DNA of 62,939 nt, filler included, from Collodictyon triciliatum (lineage: Eukaryota), in NCBI GenBank assembly GCA_043381765.1. It is 4 parts of 4 records of this genome, joined end to end, with 100 filler letters (N's around TTAATTAATTAA, not from the genome) between each part and the next. Parts side by side here need not be neighbours in the genome. Positions count along the whole stretch, not along the records: positions 38,218 to 54,045 come from JBHJMP010001317.1; positions 54,146 to 62,939 come from JBHJMP010001350.1; 2 more parts are not named here. One strand, written 5' to 3'. The notes beneath the pieces were generated by a model. It had not been told where the DNA came from. It saw nothing but the letters and a program-made list of their open reading frames with translations, and ran no database searches. Positions 40,306 through 62,100 of this stretch are shown here, one piece after another. Every line of letters starts with the position of its first letter. Positions within the stretch are counted from its first letter, which is position 1. The position numbers and the translations under genes were made by a program.

Positions 40306-41694
40306 TACATACATACACGCCCGTCACGGGTTGCGGCTAATGCATATGGTATCATCGTATAAGTATCTACCAAACAACTTGGTTTTGGTCGAACGGCGGT
40401 GTCAGGTACTTCTCATACACCTTGGAGAACAGCACAAGCCCCATTCTCACCAGTGTAGGCCATCCAAGGAGAAAGTGCACACAGTCGTATGCATATGAGT
40501 GTTGCAAAAGATGGACAGCCGTATTCAGAGTCCAGTGAACCCCAGGGATGTCCAGAAACACTTGGAATCCACTCTTCAGAATGTTGCCATCTCCTCCGTT
40601 CACCAGTATCATCTTCTTGATTCGATGTGGGTACAGCTGCGCAGTCTTGAGAGTGACCTGCACGCCCTTCGGGGGATTGAAAAATGACACATTCCTTAAA
40701 AAAATATGACACACTATCCCTCCACATGACACTACAAACTCATACCATGCTCCACGCGAGGATGCAAGCTTCGTCCCATCCTTCTTGCGTCAATATGGCA
40801 TTCAAGTCATGTGCATGGGTCTCGAGCGGAATCTCATCCAACTCAATGTGCGCGTTGACCGACCCAAATTGTCCGCGATAGTCCCACGTCACGATGATGT
40901 ATTCTTTGCTCAGGCGCGGCACAAGCACGTCGAAATGCCGGATGCGTGTCCCGATTCCCAGTGCCAGCACGAGCACCTGTGTAGTTACCCATGTCGCGTT
41001 AGCTGTTGCGTGCGTGCCTCGATTATACGTTTGTATGAATATCATATTTATTTGTTCTATATACCTAGAATAAATAAATATTAGAATAGCATATATACTA
41101 CGGTCTATTGGTTTGTGTCATTGTAAAGACAGTAGATTGGGGAGAGAAAAGACCAAAAGTGTCTACATGAAGAAAATATCAAGTGCCAGAATAATAGCTC
41201 GGGGTAATTGGCCTCGCCCGCCTAAGCAGAAACGAACCTTCTGTTGCGACTTATAATCCTGTGTCCTTTGGTCCATGTAGTGATAGCGGATGCGCGCACC
41301 ATCTTTTCCAACAACATATTTATGCTGGATAAGCGGAGCCCAGTGCGGTGGAACTTCATTCATAACTTGAAATAAAAGAAACCCCGTCATATCATTCCGA
41401 CCATGAAAAAAAAGATGGCATACAGAACAAAGCCCCACGAGACTCTGGGGAGGCGTGGGTGCCAAGGGTATGTGCTCTTGTGTCCATTTCGGCAAGAGGA
41501 TAAGAGGGCAGGACACAGAGAGACAAATGTTAAAAGAAACCCTTTGACTCGCCCGCTGGATGCAGGAAAAAGTCTACAAACGCTTTGCAGGCAGAGACCC
41601 ACTTTTGCGCCAGGTGGCCGAGCCAGTTGAGAAGACAGCGCAGCAGCGCAGGACTGGCCTCGCCCTTCCTGTCTTTTTCTGACGGTGTGTCCAT
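39688..41694 (-). CDS. Alpha/beta-hydrolase fold protein
   Basis: DGARIRY; TWDYRGQFGS; nucleophile elbow AWSM-G; LYPHRIKKMILVNG; SGWLDFL; catalytic His in GSHFVLMEWP. Confidence 0.88.
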
Positions 41695-43632
41695 GTTGTG
41701 TATCCCACGTTCTTTGTTGCTACTGCTGCTGTTGCTAGAACACAATTATCCGCTCTGTTCTGAGTGCGAGTGTGGGTTTGTGAGTCTGCCTGGCCTGTGC
41801 GGCCAAAGGTGTCAAGCGGGTTGTGCGGAGAAAGGAAAGGAGCCGCTCCGCCTGCAATTAGGGAGTCAGACTCTGTCCTGTTCGCAGGTTTTCCTTTCTG
41901 GCGAGCAGCGGTCCATTTCTGGAACTTTGTTTTAATTGCTTCAAACTGCAAATATGAGCTTTGTGCAAGCCTGTTGTGCCTCGAAACTGCCCGCTTATTT
42001 TCAGATGTTTTGCGTAGGTTATGTTTTTTTAGTTTGGACAAAGGATTTGGGATAGGTTGGCAAGAATCGGAAGGCTGCATACGAACACACGCTTCGGCAC
42101 TCCACTCACACCGGCCTGCCATGGTGGAGACATCCGAGGAAGCCTGGAGCCGCAACGCGCACAGCGGCCCGAGTCCCGCGTGCTGGAGCATGTTATTTGT
42201 GTTCTTGTGTGTGCGTGTGATATGTCTTTGTGTTTGTGTTTGGGGTGCGGCCTGCCTGGGCTGACTCGGGCAAAGAACAGAGGCCAAGCCTCCCGCACAG
42301 GCACAGGACTTGGGTGTGCTTTCTCGCATCTCGCGCTTCGGGTTTATTGTGGGGTTCGAGGGGCAGAGAAGGGACTGCGCAGGACGCATGCGGACGGGCG
42401 GCGCTGAGTCTCTCCTGGTGGGACACCTGCAAGGACAACAAGTGAGAGACGGCCGGCAAGTGAACCGCCAGAGAGGAGGAAGGTTGTTTGCGTGTTTGTG
42501 TGTTTGTGCGTTTGTGTGTTTGTGCGTTTGTGTGTGTCGTCTATATTCGGAATCCACAGGCCAGGGAGAGGCAGGGCTGGGCCCCGCGTCCTGGGCGGAT
42601 GTTGGAGCGTTAAGACTCGGGCCGTGCGCAGGTAAAGCGAAGAAGCACACGGCCGCACTCACTCTGGCACGCTATTTGAACCCGCAGGTCGGTGGTGCGA
42701 CAAGCGGGCTTGATTAAAGCGTGCCGTGTTGTGTCGTGTCGTTTCGCACCGGGCCTTTGTTCCGCGCAGGGGCAGGACGCGCCTCTCTTCTGCGGAGTCG
42801 CTCGTGCGAGACTCGTTCGCTTTTGTCCCTGCCCTGCTTTGGACAGAGGCCTGCGTTGTCCCTCAGTGCGCGCCCACGTTCTGGCGGTGCGACAGTCTCG
42901 GTCCGTTGCTTTGTGTTCGGTGTGGTGGGAATGTGTAAAATGGGGCCGCTCTTTTACCTTGGCTTCGGCTGGCTTTGTGGGGTCGGCGGACTTGCTCGTC
43001 TTCCTCGGTGCTTTGTCGCGGTTGTCGTCTCTCGATTCGACTTGTGAGGGCAATGTGAGTGCCATTCGATTGCGAGAGAAGTGAGCGTAATTTAAATGGT
43101 GGGTGGTTTATGTATGCAGACCACACAGCAGTCCATCATTTGCCAATATTTGCTTGTCTATGCTACCAATCATGCCATTTGAAAGTGCATCCTACGCTCA
43201 TTGAGTGCCACAATACAATATATGTATAGTTTCCAGATGCGTGACTTCAAGGTTGGAAGCGGGCTGTGTGCGGCTGCATGCGCAAAGATACTGGACTGCA
43301 TCCCAATCCAACCCCGCTACTGCTCATCGCGGCTGCATGCCCTGCTTTTGACACAGACGTAGAGACGCACCAGAGGGGCAACAACGTGTGTATGTGTGTG
43401 TTTATGAAGGGATACAAAGTCCGGTCGCGGTTCGGTTTGAGCAGGGCGTGCGGGGCGGCACCAGAAGATGGTGGGGTTTGTTGGCAGTGCCGACTCGGAG
43501 TGAGTTTGGTTTGGTTGGGTTGGTTTGGTTGGGTGTTGTTGGTGTTGGAATGGTCATACAGATATGGTGGCGGGCTGTGTGTCGTGTGCGCCGTGGCCAG
43601 CCAGCGTGATAGTTGTTCCTGAGTCCGTCCGC

Positions 43633-48599
<4,967 letters not shown>

Positions 48600-49111
48600 T
48601 CAGTACCGGCCAAATGGTATCGTATATTTATATCTGGAATTTATAATAAACTGTACAGTTTACCCTTATTTTGTGCCCATCTTACAATAGGTTTCTGCCA
48701 TTCGTGTGAAAAAAAATATTGCTCATACATAACGTTGATTGTTGCCTAAATTCGCCACAATTAGGCGTTTCCACATTAGCTATGTAGGCAATCAGGTGTA
48801 ACTGCTCCGCGTATTCTGGGAAGAGGCCAGGTTTGAGAAAAGGAACACCAGGCGGGTCGGGTGTCCGCTCCTGCCTTGCCGATGGTGGTTCCAGAGTCGA
48901 ATGGTAAGCGGTTAGGACTTACAACAGCTCCTTCACTTTGGTTCAATGTGAAATCGGTGTGGTTTATTACGGGCCTCCTTGGCGTGCCGTAGAGCGATTA
49001 AGAGGAAGAGGAGACGTCGGTTATGGAGCGAGGGGGCAAAGGGACAATGAATACAGATAAGCGACTGCGTAGGGATGTAGAGGGCGGCGTCTGGAGCAGC
49101 GAGGTTGGGGT

Positions 49112-50293
49112 CTACTCGAAGGAGGAGGAGGAGGCGGCAGCAGACTCTGCGGGGACGTCGGGCTTGTAGGCCAGGAAGAAGAAGCAGGGGGTGAAGATGC
49201 CGAGGCGGCCGCCCTCGACGAGCGAGTCTGCGGCGACGCAGAGCATGTCGTGGACCTTGGAGGAGCCGGGCGGGGCGAGGCGGGCAGTCTCGAGGACGCG
49301 GACGAGCTTGTCTGTGACGAGGCGGCCGGCATAGGTGGACTTGAAGCCCTCGATGGAGGTCCAGGAGCCGACGAGCGGCTGGTACCAGGGGATGTCGCCG
49401 GTCAGTGCCAGGTCGCGGACGTCAACAACCTGGAAGCCGGCGGTCTTGAGGGCGTCGGTGACGACATCGCCGGTCACGAGGTCGGGCAGGGCGTCGCCGT
49501 TCTCGATGCCGAGCTTGATCTCGCGGTGGTGGGCGTTCTCGGGGTCGTACTTGTTTGTCATGACCCACTCGTAGGCGCCGAAGAACGAGCCCGGCTTCAG
49601 CAGGCGGAAGATCTCCGAGTAGATGCCCACCTTGTCGGGCGCGTGGCACGTGGCCTCGATGGCGTAGACGGCGTCAAACGAGGCGTCCGGCAGGGGGATC
49701 TTCATAAAGTCTGTCTTGAGGAACTGGACCTGCTCGCTCAGGTTGGCGTCTGCGTTCAGCTTCGTGCCGCGGCGGATCTGGTACGCGTTGTTGTTGACGC
49801 CCGTGACGTGCGCCCCCGTGAAGTTTGCGATTGTCCGTGCGGGCCCCGCCACGCCGCACCCGACGTCCAGCGCCTTCATGCCCTTCTGCAGGTTGATGCG
49901 GTGGGCGAGGTACATCTCGTGGCGCGCAATCGACGCCTCGAACGACTCGTAGCGCAGGCGCGGCGCAAAGTGGAACGACTGGCCCCAGCCGTACTCGTAG
50001 AAGTCCGTCACGAGGTCGTAGTACTGGTTCACGATCGTCATGTAGTGCTGCTTGCTGCATGGAGTCAGGTGCGTGTGAGCGGGCGTGTTCTTCAGAGGAC
50101 AGGAATGACAGGTGACAGGATTGACAGGTGCGGTAATGACAGGGTATTCTTACCGCTTCTCGGCAGTGGCGCCGTGCTTCTCATCAAACATCGAGTTGAA
50201 CTGGTCGATGGTGGTGTCCACGGTTGTGCGGTCCAGGCTGGACGGGGCGATGACATTGGCAAACTGGCGGTAGTCGGCGTTGAGGTTGGACAT
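49112..50293 (-). CDS. SMT1: Sterol C24-methyltransferase (SMT1/Erg6)
   Basis: YYDLVTDFYEYGWGQSFHFAP; LDVGCGVAGP; YAIEATCHAP; YSEIFRLLKPG; YEW; LVEGGRLGIFTP. Two exons (50293-50154, 50056-49112). Confidence 0.97.
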
Positions 50294-50806
50294 GGTGTGC
50301 TTCTGGGCGGTGTGTAGGCTGCGAGACTTTGGTTAGACTTTTTCTGTAGTTGTCTGGTTGCTGCGTTGCTTCGGTGCGGCCCTGCTTCTTGTCTTTACTC
50401 GTGTGTTCGGTTGCTGACTAGCTCTGGGGCTTAGTGATCTTTGATTTGTAAAGTAGAATACCTACCCAGCCAAGGCACTAACATGTTGTGTTCCTGGCAA
50501 TTTAAATAGCCAAGCAATCCAAAGGCCACCAGAAGCCACAGACAAGCCACAGTGATGGTTGATGGGAAGAAGGGAAAACCCAGAGTACGGGAAATCCCTG
50601 CGCAAAAGAGAAATGGAAACGACCGACGGAGTTACAAGCGTCACCGCCGATACCGTACATTGTTCTTATCTGGAATAGTCTATTTTGGAAAAGGGGTGCG
50701 AGATGCTGTTCTGCATCGGGTGCGTCTTCTCGCTTTTCCCTTTTACATCACGCTTCTGTGCAATCTTTTTTTTATTTTTATTTACTTGGTGGCGAAGATG
50801 CTGCTG

Positions 50807-53797
<2,991 letters not shown>

Positions 53798-54045
53798 CTA
53801 ATTATGTAGAATTAGTCAAGTTAATAAAACCAAGGAAATAAAGAAGAATATAATACTCTTCACAATAATGGTCATACTTTCCATTTCTTCATTTCTTCAT
53901 TCATTCATTATCGAATTAGTTTTGTCCACAAAGAAACGAACTAAAGCTGTTGGCCGGATTCATGTATTCAATATAACAGAAATCTTTAGCGGAAAGTAGA
54001 AAGCCGATACTGTCACAGCCCCCCCCCCCCCCCCCCACACCCCCC

Positions 54046-54145
54046 NNNNNNNNNNNNNNNNNNNNNNNNNNNNNNNNNNNNNNNNNNNNTTAATTAATTA
54101 ANNNNNNNNNNNNNNNNNNNNNNNNNNNNNNNNNNNNNNNNNNNN
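54046..54145. other. Artificial contig linker
   Basis: N44-TTAATTAATTAA-N44. Confidence 0.97.
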
Positions 54146-54146
54146 A

Positions 54147-54265
<119 letters not shown>

Positions 54266-54286
54266 GTTTGATTCCAATTGTGTTAC

Positions 54287-56987
54287 CCACCGGCCAGTTA
54301 GGAACTGAAGTCCAGTAGTTCCCGGCTAAATATATTACAATTGTTTCAGCGGTCTGGACTGGATTCATCCAAAAGTTGACATATTTAATGTATAACTTTT
54401 CATACCAGAAAGTCGTGTATCGGGTCCCATAACAAAGAAACTTATTGCTTGTACTCCAAGCTTTGATTTAACTATCGATGTTCTCGTTCAATTAGCAAAA
54501 TAAAGAAAATTGGGTACTTTCTGAATGCAACTAACATAGTATTTATACATTGTCATATCATTTTAAAAAAAAATAAGGCGCATGTGCCGACATACTCAGA
54601 GACGCTGCGTCTGCATATGAAACATTCTAGCGATATGAAAAAGTTGGCATAGTAAATTGAGAAATCACGTCAGTTTTATGAGCCTATAGTCTTAAGTAAT
54701 AACATACATCCCGAACATGGTGGAAGAGGTTAAATGGTAAACGGATGGGAAGGGCAGAGTGGCCTCCACGGTGATATGTACCGAAGCAATGACCGCCAAC
54801 ATCCATGACAAGGAAGTTGTTACCTGAATTAAATATAAATTCATAACCCCATCAGCACTCTTGATTTTAGGAGATAGTTATGGCAAGAAAAGCTGGGAAT
54901 GCACCTTGTACATCTCTGGCCCCCTCATTCTGTGCTCCATTGAACCCATCGATGGTGGTTTCAGCAAAGATATCATACCTTAAATGACACAAGGCAGTTT
55001 TTATTGAAAGAAAGCAAATCATTTGGGCATAAGTGAGATAATATCCTCAATAATGGAATGCATCCATTTATTCAGATAGGTGGGTGGATATGTATAAATA
55101 AACTAATAAATAGGAAACCATCCGCCCCAATTAATTGTTGCCCCGGTGACCATATTGAACCTTATTTTCAGGTAGTGGAGTAGGTTTAATTGAAGAATCG
55201 AAAATTAACACATAGAATAAAAAAAAAAAAAAAGGAAGTTGTTTTAAGAAGCCTAAAAAGTTACTTTCCAGATGATGTTATGGGTGTCCAATAATCGGTA
55301 AATGCCTCGTTGGCTTTAATCTAACACATGTATCATATGTTTAGATTAAATTGCATCAAATTGTTTCTTATTCTTTTATTCGATTCAAAGTAACTACGTG
55401 ATATTGTTATTAGATAATGAATTTTCATGCACGAGCTATTTGATTGTTTGTGGCATACGTCAGGGATGCAATCAGGGCAAGTGGAACCCATCCAGTTATC
55501 AATCAAATTAGATCTGTACGCGCCTCCCTAATAGCATGATAAATCAATCAGCATTTGCACGGAAATGAATACAAAATACATAAATAAATTTGACTTGAAT
55601 GATCTATCCATGTTGATTGAAGTTAAGTTATCATTCAAGAAACAATATCTTACAGGATAGACCGAAGGGTGGGAGTTGGAAGCATACCATATAAGCCACT
55701 GTAAGTTAATTTTGGTGTTTAAAAATACTAGCAATTACGTAGTATCCAAGCTAATTCATATATACGAATTTGCCCACCTGAGCCTTCAACCATGGAGGTG
55801 ATTCTATCCATTGAGTAAAAGCGGAACATCCATCTGCAGACCCGCCTATATAGTTTAGGGCTCTTAAGAGATTTATTACAAGTTATTGAATCTAATTTCC
55901 ATATCTTTTCATTTGGCATGAGGTAGATCAAACAGCACTGAACAGCGGTGGTAAAGTAGACTCACCAAGTGAGTACACTTGCCCATTTGACCAGCTTTGA
56001 GAAGAAATCCAGCTCATAGTATCGTATCCATCCTTTCCATCTTGGCGCCAAACGTCGAAGAATCCTGTGGAGAGAAAAGAAAACGAAGATTTCAAATGGT
56101 ATGTATGACGAAGATCTCGCCCTTGGCAAGGCAATAGCATGTTCGTGTATCTCATCAAATTCATATAAGGTGAACAATACCTGTGCTCTGTCCAGTACCG
56201 CGGATGTCTTGAGATACACCAGCGTGGCCATCTAACACAAAGATAAAAGCGAGGAGCTAGGAAAAAGGGAAGGGAAGAAGGAAGGAAAGGAGGAGGGAAT
56301 CAATAGTTAGAGAGGTGAATCTTGTTTTTCTCATTTTAGGAATTAGTATCTATTGATGTTTTTCTTATAAATGCTTAAGAAAAGAAAAGAAAAGAAAATA
56401 AGAAAGAACAGTATAGCCTTACGGAAGTAGTTGGGCCATAGGGGGACCGAGCCATAGCCGTGGAATATTTAAGAGACACATCAGCCGGAACATAGAGGCG
56501 GGTAAAGAGCTCAGTCCCATCCCTAGCAGTTAGCTGCATAGAAGAACATGTATGTGATCAGCTCAGCGGAAGGGCAACAAAGGGATAAAGAAAAGAAAGT
56601 AAATAGAGGAACTTTACTGAGATAAGGGTACGACGTAAAACAACTCACAACAAAGCGGCTCAGCTCCAGGATGGGAATAGGCCTATCAAGGGCTTTCAGC
56701 TCTTCGATCCTTTTGCGTGCCTCGACAAGGGCCATTCGATGCAGACTCTCGCCATACTGGGCAAGTGTAGCTACAGCTCCGCCTTGCTTGATCCGAGCGG
56801 CAAAGTCGGCCTCGGCCTCTTGTTCGATGAGCTTGAACGCAGTCACAGCATCAACTCGTTCCGAGCTGATCAAGCGTGTGTGGACAAACCGCCTGGATTC
56901 ATGGTTGCCTTCAGGTTGGGGACTGAGTGGCAAAGCCAGGCAGCACACTGCGGCAAGAGCAGCCAGAAGCAGCACAGGTCGCAACAT
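54287..56987 (-). CDS. Secreted CocE/NonD-family (peptidase S15-like) serine hydrolase, 3'-truncated
   Basis: Signal peptide MLRPVLLLAALAAVCCLA; RDGTEL; ARSPYG; QDIRGTGQSTG; DGYDTMSWISSQSWSNGQVYSLGGSADG; GGWYDIF; GGHC. Confidence 0.88.
55374..55390 (-). mobile_element. Copy of the TTGAATCGAATAAA element terminus in a CocE intron
   Basis: TTTTATTCGATTCAAAG followed by TAA, as in the 34007-34040 copy. Only a weak 6-nt flank repeat (ATTGTT). Confidence 0.55.
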
Positions 56988-58102
56988 CTAAATGGCGGTC
57001 TTTGTCACGAGCGATGTGTGAGAAGCGCTATAATCAACCTCTCATTGCATCCATAGCGAACCCATGAAGATTCTGTAGAGCTTTGTGCGGGATTGGTCTC
57101 GGCTTGAGCTACATCCCAGCGGTTTGTGGAGGGGTTTGTGATGGGAGTCTGCCGCTTCGAGCTCTTGGCAGGAAAATAAGTCCCACCACCCTTTTTAAAC
57201 CAATCATTGTATATATATCGGAAGGAGACTTTCATTGCGAAAGGTAGAGAATTTGTCAAAATGAATCGAATTCCATTGAATAAAGGTAGCTTTTGGTTAA
57301 TTGAATATATCGTGTGTGAATGTGCATTACGTGATACATTTGATATATTATGTAGGCAGTAAGTGGCCATCAATCGAACAAAATTTTGTTTTAACAATAA
57401 ATCCCAGATATGAACATTATGTTGAATGACCGTTTTTGGCTTTACCAAGGATTGATGAATAACCTCCAAGTCGCTCATAGTCGCCGCGGCATACACATCA
57501 CCAGCAAACCCGAGTCACAATGAATCCAAACGACTGGCCACGCGGCCTTGTGAATACCCTCAGGCTCATGAGTGTCGGGGTTATTCGAATGAAGCAGCTC
57601 TGTCTTCATGACTCACCTTTTTTTTTTCCCTGCTTTCTCACTCCCCAAGTCTTCCTTCCGGGGACTCTGGTGCATAACTCCTCCGCCAGGGGAAAAGTTG
57701 TAAAGTTCTGTGTAGCAAGGACTTTGGCAGTTGTGGTGTAATCAGGTCTCTTTTTAGATCTTCCCACTAGGCGATCTTCGTCGGCCAGGCTTCCCACTTG
57801 GCCGAAATATGGCAGTCCACTTGGCAAGAACTACGCGATGGCTCGTAGTTGTTATCGGTTTATGTTCACTCAGCGTCGCAGTATCACTGCCTTCAACCAA
57901 ACAAATCCCATATAATCAAACTGTACAGAATCAAGCGCCAATAGGATTATATGGTACGGTTTATTTGGACTATACAACCCCCTAAGAGATAATATGTATT
58001 CCGAAAAACAATAAAACAATAAAACAATAAAACAATAAAACAATAAAACAATAAAACAATAAAACAATAAAACAATAAAACAATAAAACAATAAAACAAT
58101 AA

Positions 58103-58739
58103 NNNNNNNNNNNNNNNNNNNNNNNNNNNNNNNNNNNNNNNNNNNNNNNNNNNNNNNNNNNNNNNNNNNNNNNNNNNNNNNNNNNNNNNNNNNNNNNNNN
58201 NNNNNNNNNNNNNNNNNNNNNNNNNNNNNNNNNNNNNNNNNNNNNNNNNNNNNNNNNNNNNNNNNNNNNNNNNNNNNNNNNNNNNNNNNNNNNNNNNNNN
58301 NNNNNNNNNNNNNNNNNNNNNNNNNNNNNNNNNNNNNNNNNNNNNNNNNNNNNNNNNNNNNNNNNNNNNNNNNNNNNNNNNNNNNNNNNNNNNNNNNNNN
58401 NNNNNNNNNNNNNNNNNNNNNNNNNNNNNNNNNNNNNNNNNNNNNNNNNNNNNNNNNNNNNNNNNNNNNNNNNNNNNNNNNNNNNNNNNNNNNNNNNNNN
58501 NNNNNNNNNNNNNNNNNNNNNNNNNNNNNNNNNNNNNNNNNNNNNNNNNNNNNNNNNNNNNNNNNNNNNNNNNNNNNNNNNNNNNNNNNNNNNNNNNNNN
58601 NNNNNNNNNNNNNNNNNNNNNNNNNNNNNNNNNNNNNNNNNNNNNNNNNNNNNNNNNNNNNNNNNNNNNNNNNNNNNNNNNNNNNNNNNNNNNNNNNNNN
58701 NNNNNNNNNNNNNNNNNNNNNNNNNNNNNNNNNNNNNNN
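58103..58739. other. Scaffold gap flanked by (AAAACAAT)n and A/C-rich simple repeats
   Basis: N run without the linker cassette. Confidence 0.95.
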
Positions 58740-59153
58740 AACAAACAAAAAAACAAACAAAAAAACAAACAAAAAAACAAACAAAAAAACAAACAAAAAA
58801 ACAAACAAAAAAACAAACAAAAAAACAAACAAAAAACAAACAAAAAAAACAAACAAAAAAAACAAACAAAAAAAACAAACAAAAACAAACAAACAAAAAA
58901 AACAAACAAAAACAAACAAACAAAAAAGTATCTATTATGTCTGTACCCACTTTTGATTTTTTTTTTAAAATCGTCGCAGAAACGTCTATTTTACAAACCG
59001 TGTATATGTTTTTTTTTTTCATCCTATCTTGTACTTTTCTTTTCAAATTTTACGGTGGTATAATTACTCAGTGCTTGCAGAAGAAGTAAACGTGTTCTGA
59101 CGGAGTCTCGCATAAATTCAAGAAAGAACTATATCATTTTCTCCTGATGTAAG

Positions 59154-62100
59154 TTGCTTTTGAATACCACAGGGGATACAGTTTTTCACAATCGAAGGCT
59201 TTTGCAGAGCGATGCAGGGCATGACCTCTTTGCTCGACAATTATCAGACTCTCTCCATGACCGAAAGAAAGATTTACCGCGTCGAGATATCAAATACAGC
59301 AAAGTCCCCAACAAATTTGAATTTGAGTACAGATATGCAGAGGTTGCCTTAACAAATATTTAAATATTGATTGTATTTTCCTAATATGCGCCACAATTAG
59401 TATCCTAGAAGCGTGAGAAAAGAAGTCTCCATTATATTTCTTATATTTTATGTTGTCAACCAGTAAAAAAATTTCAGTCTAAATTATTTTGAAAGCAATT
59501 TTCATCATGATTAATTTACTGACCTGTATACCACATAGTCCATTATTCTTTTGGGAGTTCCTGGTCTGGCTTTCGCTGTATTCTTTATAATATACGGTGT
59601 GACAATCGGCTTGATGACTTTTTTCCCTGATAAATGCTGCTCGTATATGAAGCGCAAAAAGTGCGTGCAGAAACCCACTGATAAGGGAGGAAAAGCCTTT
59701 CGATTCACAATCGGTGTGAATTTTGTCCTAATGGCGTGAGTTGTATTTGTCTTCGTATTACTTATCTTTTATTATCTTGCAATACAGTTCATATCTAGCT
59801 CCTCCTAACGTCTTTCATGGAATATGCATCCTATTGCTTTGGTATCATGTAATCAATTTGATTATTTATGAACCTGATTGCTTTTTTCTTTTAGATTCTT
59901 TGGTATTGTAGTCCTTATCGCAATACCATACCTCAGTGATGGGATCGATGAAATAATATGGACTACAAGGACCTCAGTAGATACCGCCTCTGTAAAAATA
60001 GACATTTTTAGTGCTGGGTTCGACGCTCTCTCATCCGACCTGCCAAATAGACTTGACTATGTAAATCAATAGTGAATAGCTTGATCAAAACCACAATACC
60101 AAGACATACCGATTCATCAGTTTTTTTTTCTTCATGTCCCTATTGATGCAAACCTAATAGGATGTTTATTTTTACGTCAAAGGCTGTTGGCAATATGAGT
60201 ATTCTGCTAGTTTTGGCGGACCAATTTACTACTCTGAGCTCTCAAATCAACTCTACAAATGAAGCGCTGATTGTTCTTTTGGATGACATGGACGCACTCC
60301 GTGTTCCACCTGTAGCAGGATATCAAGCATACTGTGAGTTAAATATCTGGAAAATGGAAACATGGGCACTTCAAAAAAAAAAAAAAGCACACATACAATC
60401 AAAATATATTTTACACAACGGCATTACTCACTGTCTCTTTAAACTATAGATGAATTATTGATTGAGGCTATACAGCAAGGTAGACTGATAGTCAAAATCA
60501 GTTATGAAATTCAGGTGCATTTCATTCATTCTCTTTTGATTCAAACTTAAGCAGTGGGTTATTCGTGATGTTTTGCATTTAATTTTCTGGTTCAGCAGCA
60601 ACCTGTGTAATCAAAACCATTACAATTCATTTTGCAGGATGAGCTAAATGAGGCATCAGAGCTAATGACGAACGTAAGAGCCAATATTCCTAAATTCCAA
60701 GATTGTTCACACGTCTCATATCAATTTGTTACACCTTCAGGATTACTATTCCCTCGACTACGAGGTTGACTCAAGAAAGCCTCTACTATTCAATGATACA
60801 CGAAAGGTCAGATATCACATAAATGAGGTGAGTCTAGCACATGAGTTGTCATAATATTAACATGCAGTAAATTAAGCTTGTTATGAAAGCTTTCCAATAA
60901 AATGAAAGGTGAATGACATCATATTTGAATTAAATTTTGAAATTTATTTAATGGTTTTACTGCATTGAAGACACGAAAAGAGATCCTTCGTATCCAAAAA
61001 GACATCCATGACAGTACCGAAGATGCTGATACAGCCAAAGAGTCGAAGTATAATTCATTCACATATTTCATTTACAACAAGAGACAAGGCAAATTAAAAA
61101 AAAAAGAAGGCACACCTATCTTAATTCCCCTATGGTAATCATATTTAATTGCGATCTCCGCATAACTTTACAGCGCGCTATGGACAACTTTCTTCTTCTT
61201 AATTCCCTTCTTTGGGCTATTGCTCATGTGGATTGGTGTCAAGGTCGAAAAACAAGAGCTAGCAATATTGTAACGCTTTTTTCTTGTTAAACCACCTATC
61301 ATCTGACACCATACTTTTCATCATAAATTGCATGGGCTTCCATGGCTATTTACATTACATGATTACATGCTGCTCCTCGAAGATATAACCAACTAAATAC
61401 CAAATTACAGCGGGTTTGTCTTTTTATTTATTGCTGGTATTGTGTTTTGGGTCTTGTTTGCGATTTACTTGCCAGCAGGAGTTGCAGCAACAGACTATTG
61501 TGATGAGGTGGTTATCTCCCTCTCCTCTATCTCCTCTTTATCTTGAAAAATGAACGATTTTGCATATTTTTTTGCAGAAGTTTGTATAAGCAAAAATACA
61601 TATTTATAATTATCATTTGTTACTTAATACATTTTTCTAATTAATTCCCAAACCAATTAATACATCACCCCACTTGCAGCCAAAAGTTGTATTGATGAAA
61701 GGACTTGACCACGTCGATGGAGACGGGGGTGTGAATCACATATTCCATAAAACACACTTTTCCATTTTCCATTTTCCATTTTCCACTTTCCACTTTCCAC
61801 TTCTCATTTTTCATTTTTCATTTTCCACTTCTCATTTCACCTTTTTTTCCTTTTCCTTTTTCCTTTTCTCTGTATCCATGAATAGAACCGAATACCTAAT
61901 TGCTGTCTACCATGCTTCATTCTCTTTAGGTGTTGCCGTAAAAGGTTGCTACAATCGAGTCAGCATATTTAAATCACTTGGCCACGAAAAAAAACTTCGG
62001 GTAATTGAGATATAGAACTTTATGATTGACTTTCTATTGATTATGCTCGATTCTACCAAATCAATATTCCTTTATTATTTTACAACTGAAACTCACAGCA

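Noticed and set aside
49250-50317. Long antisense ORFs over SMT1, RPS14, Hsp110 and the Mn-motif gene
   Set aside because: Expected shadows of GC-rich codon usage; no motifs.
60515-60583. TTTTGATTCAAA with flanking TGCATTTCATT/TGCATTTAATT as another micro-insertion
   Set aside because: Core too degenerate to distinguish from chance in an AT-rich intron.
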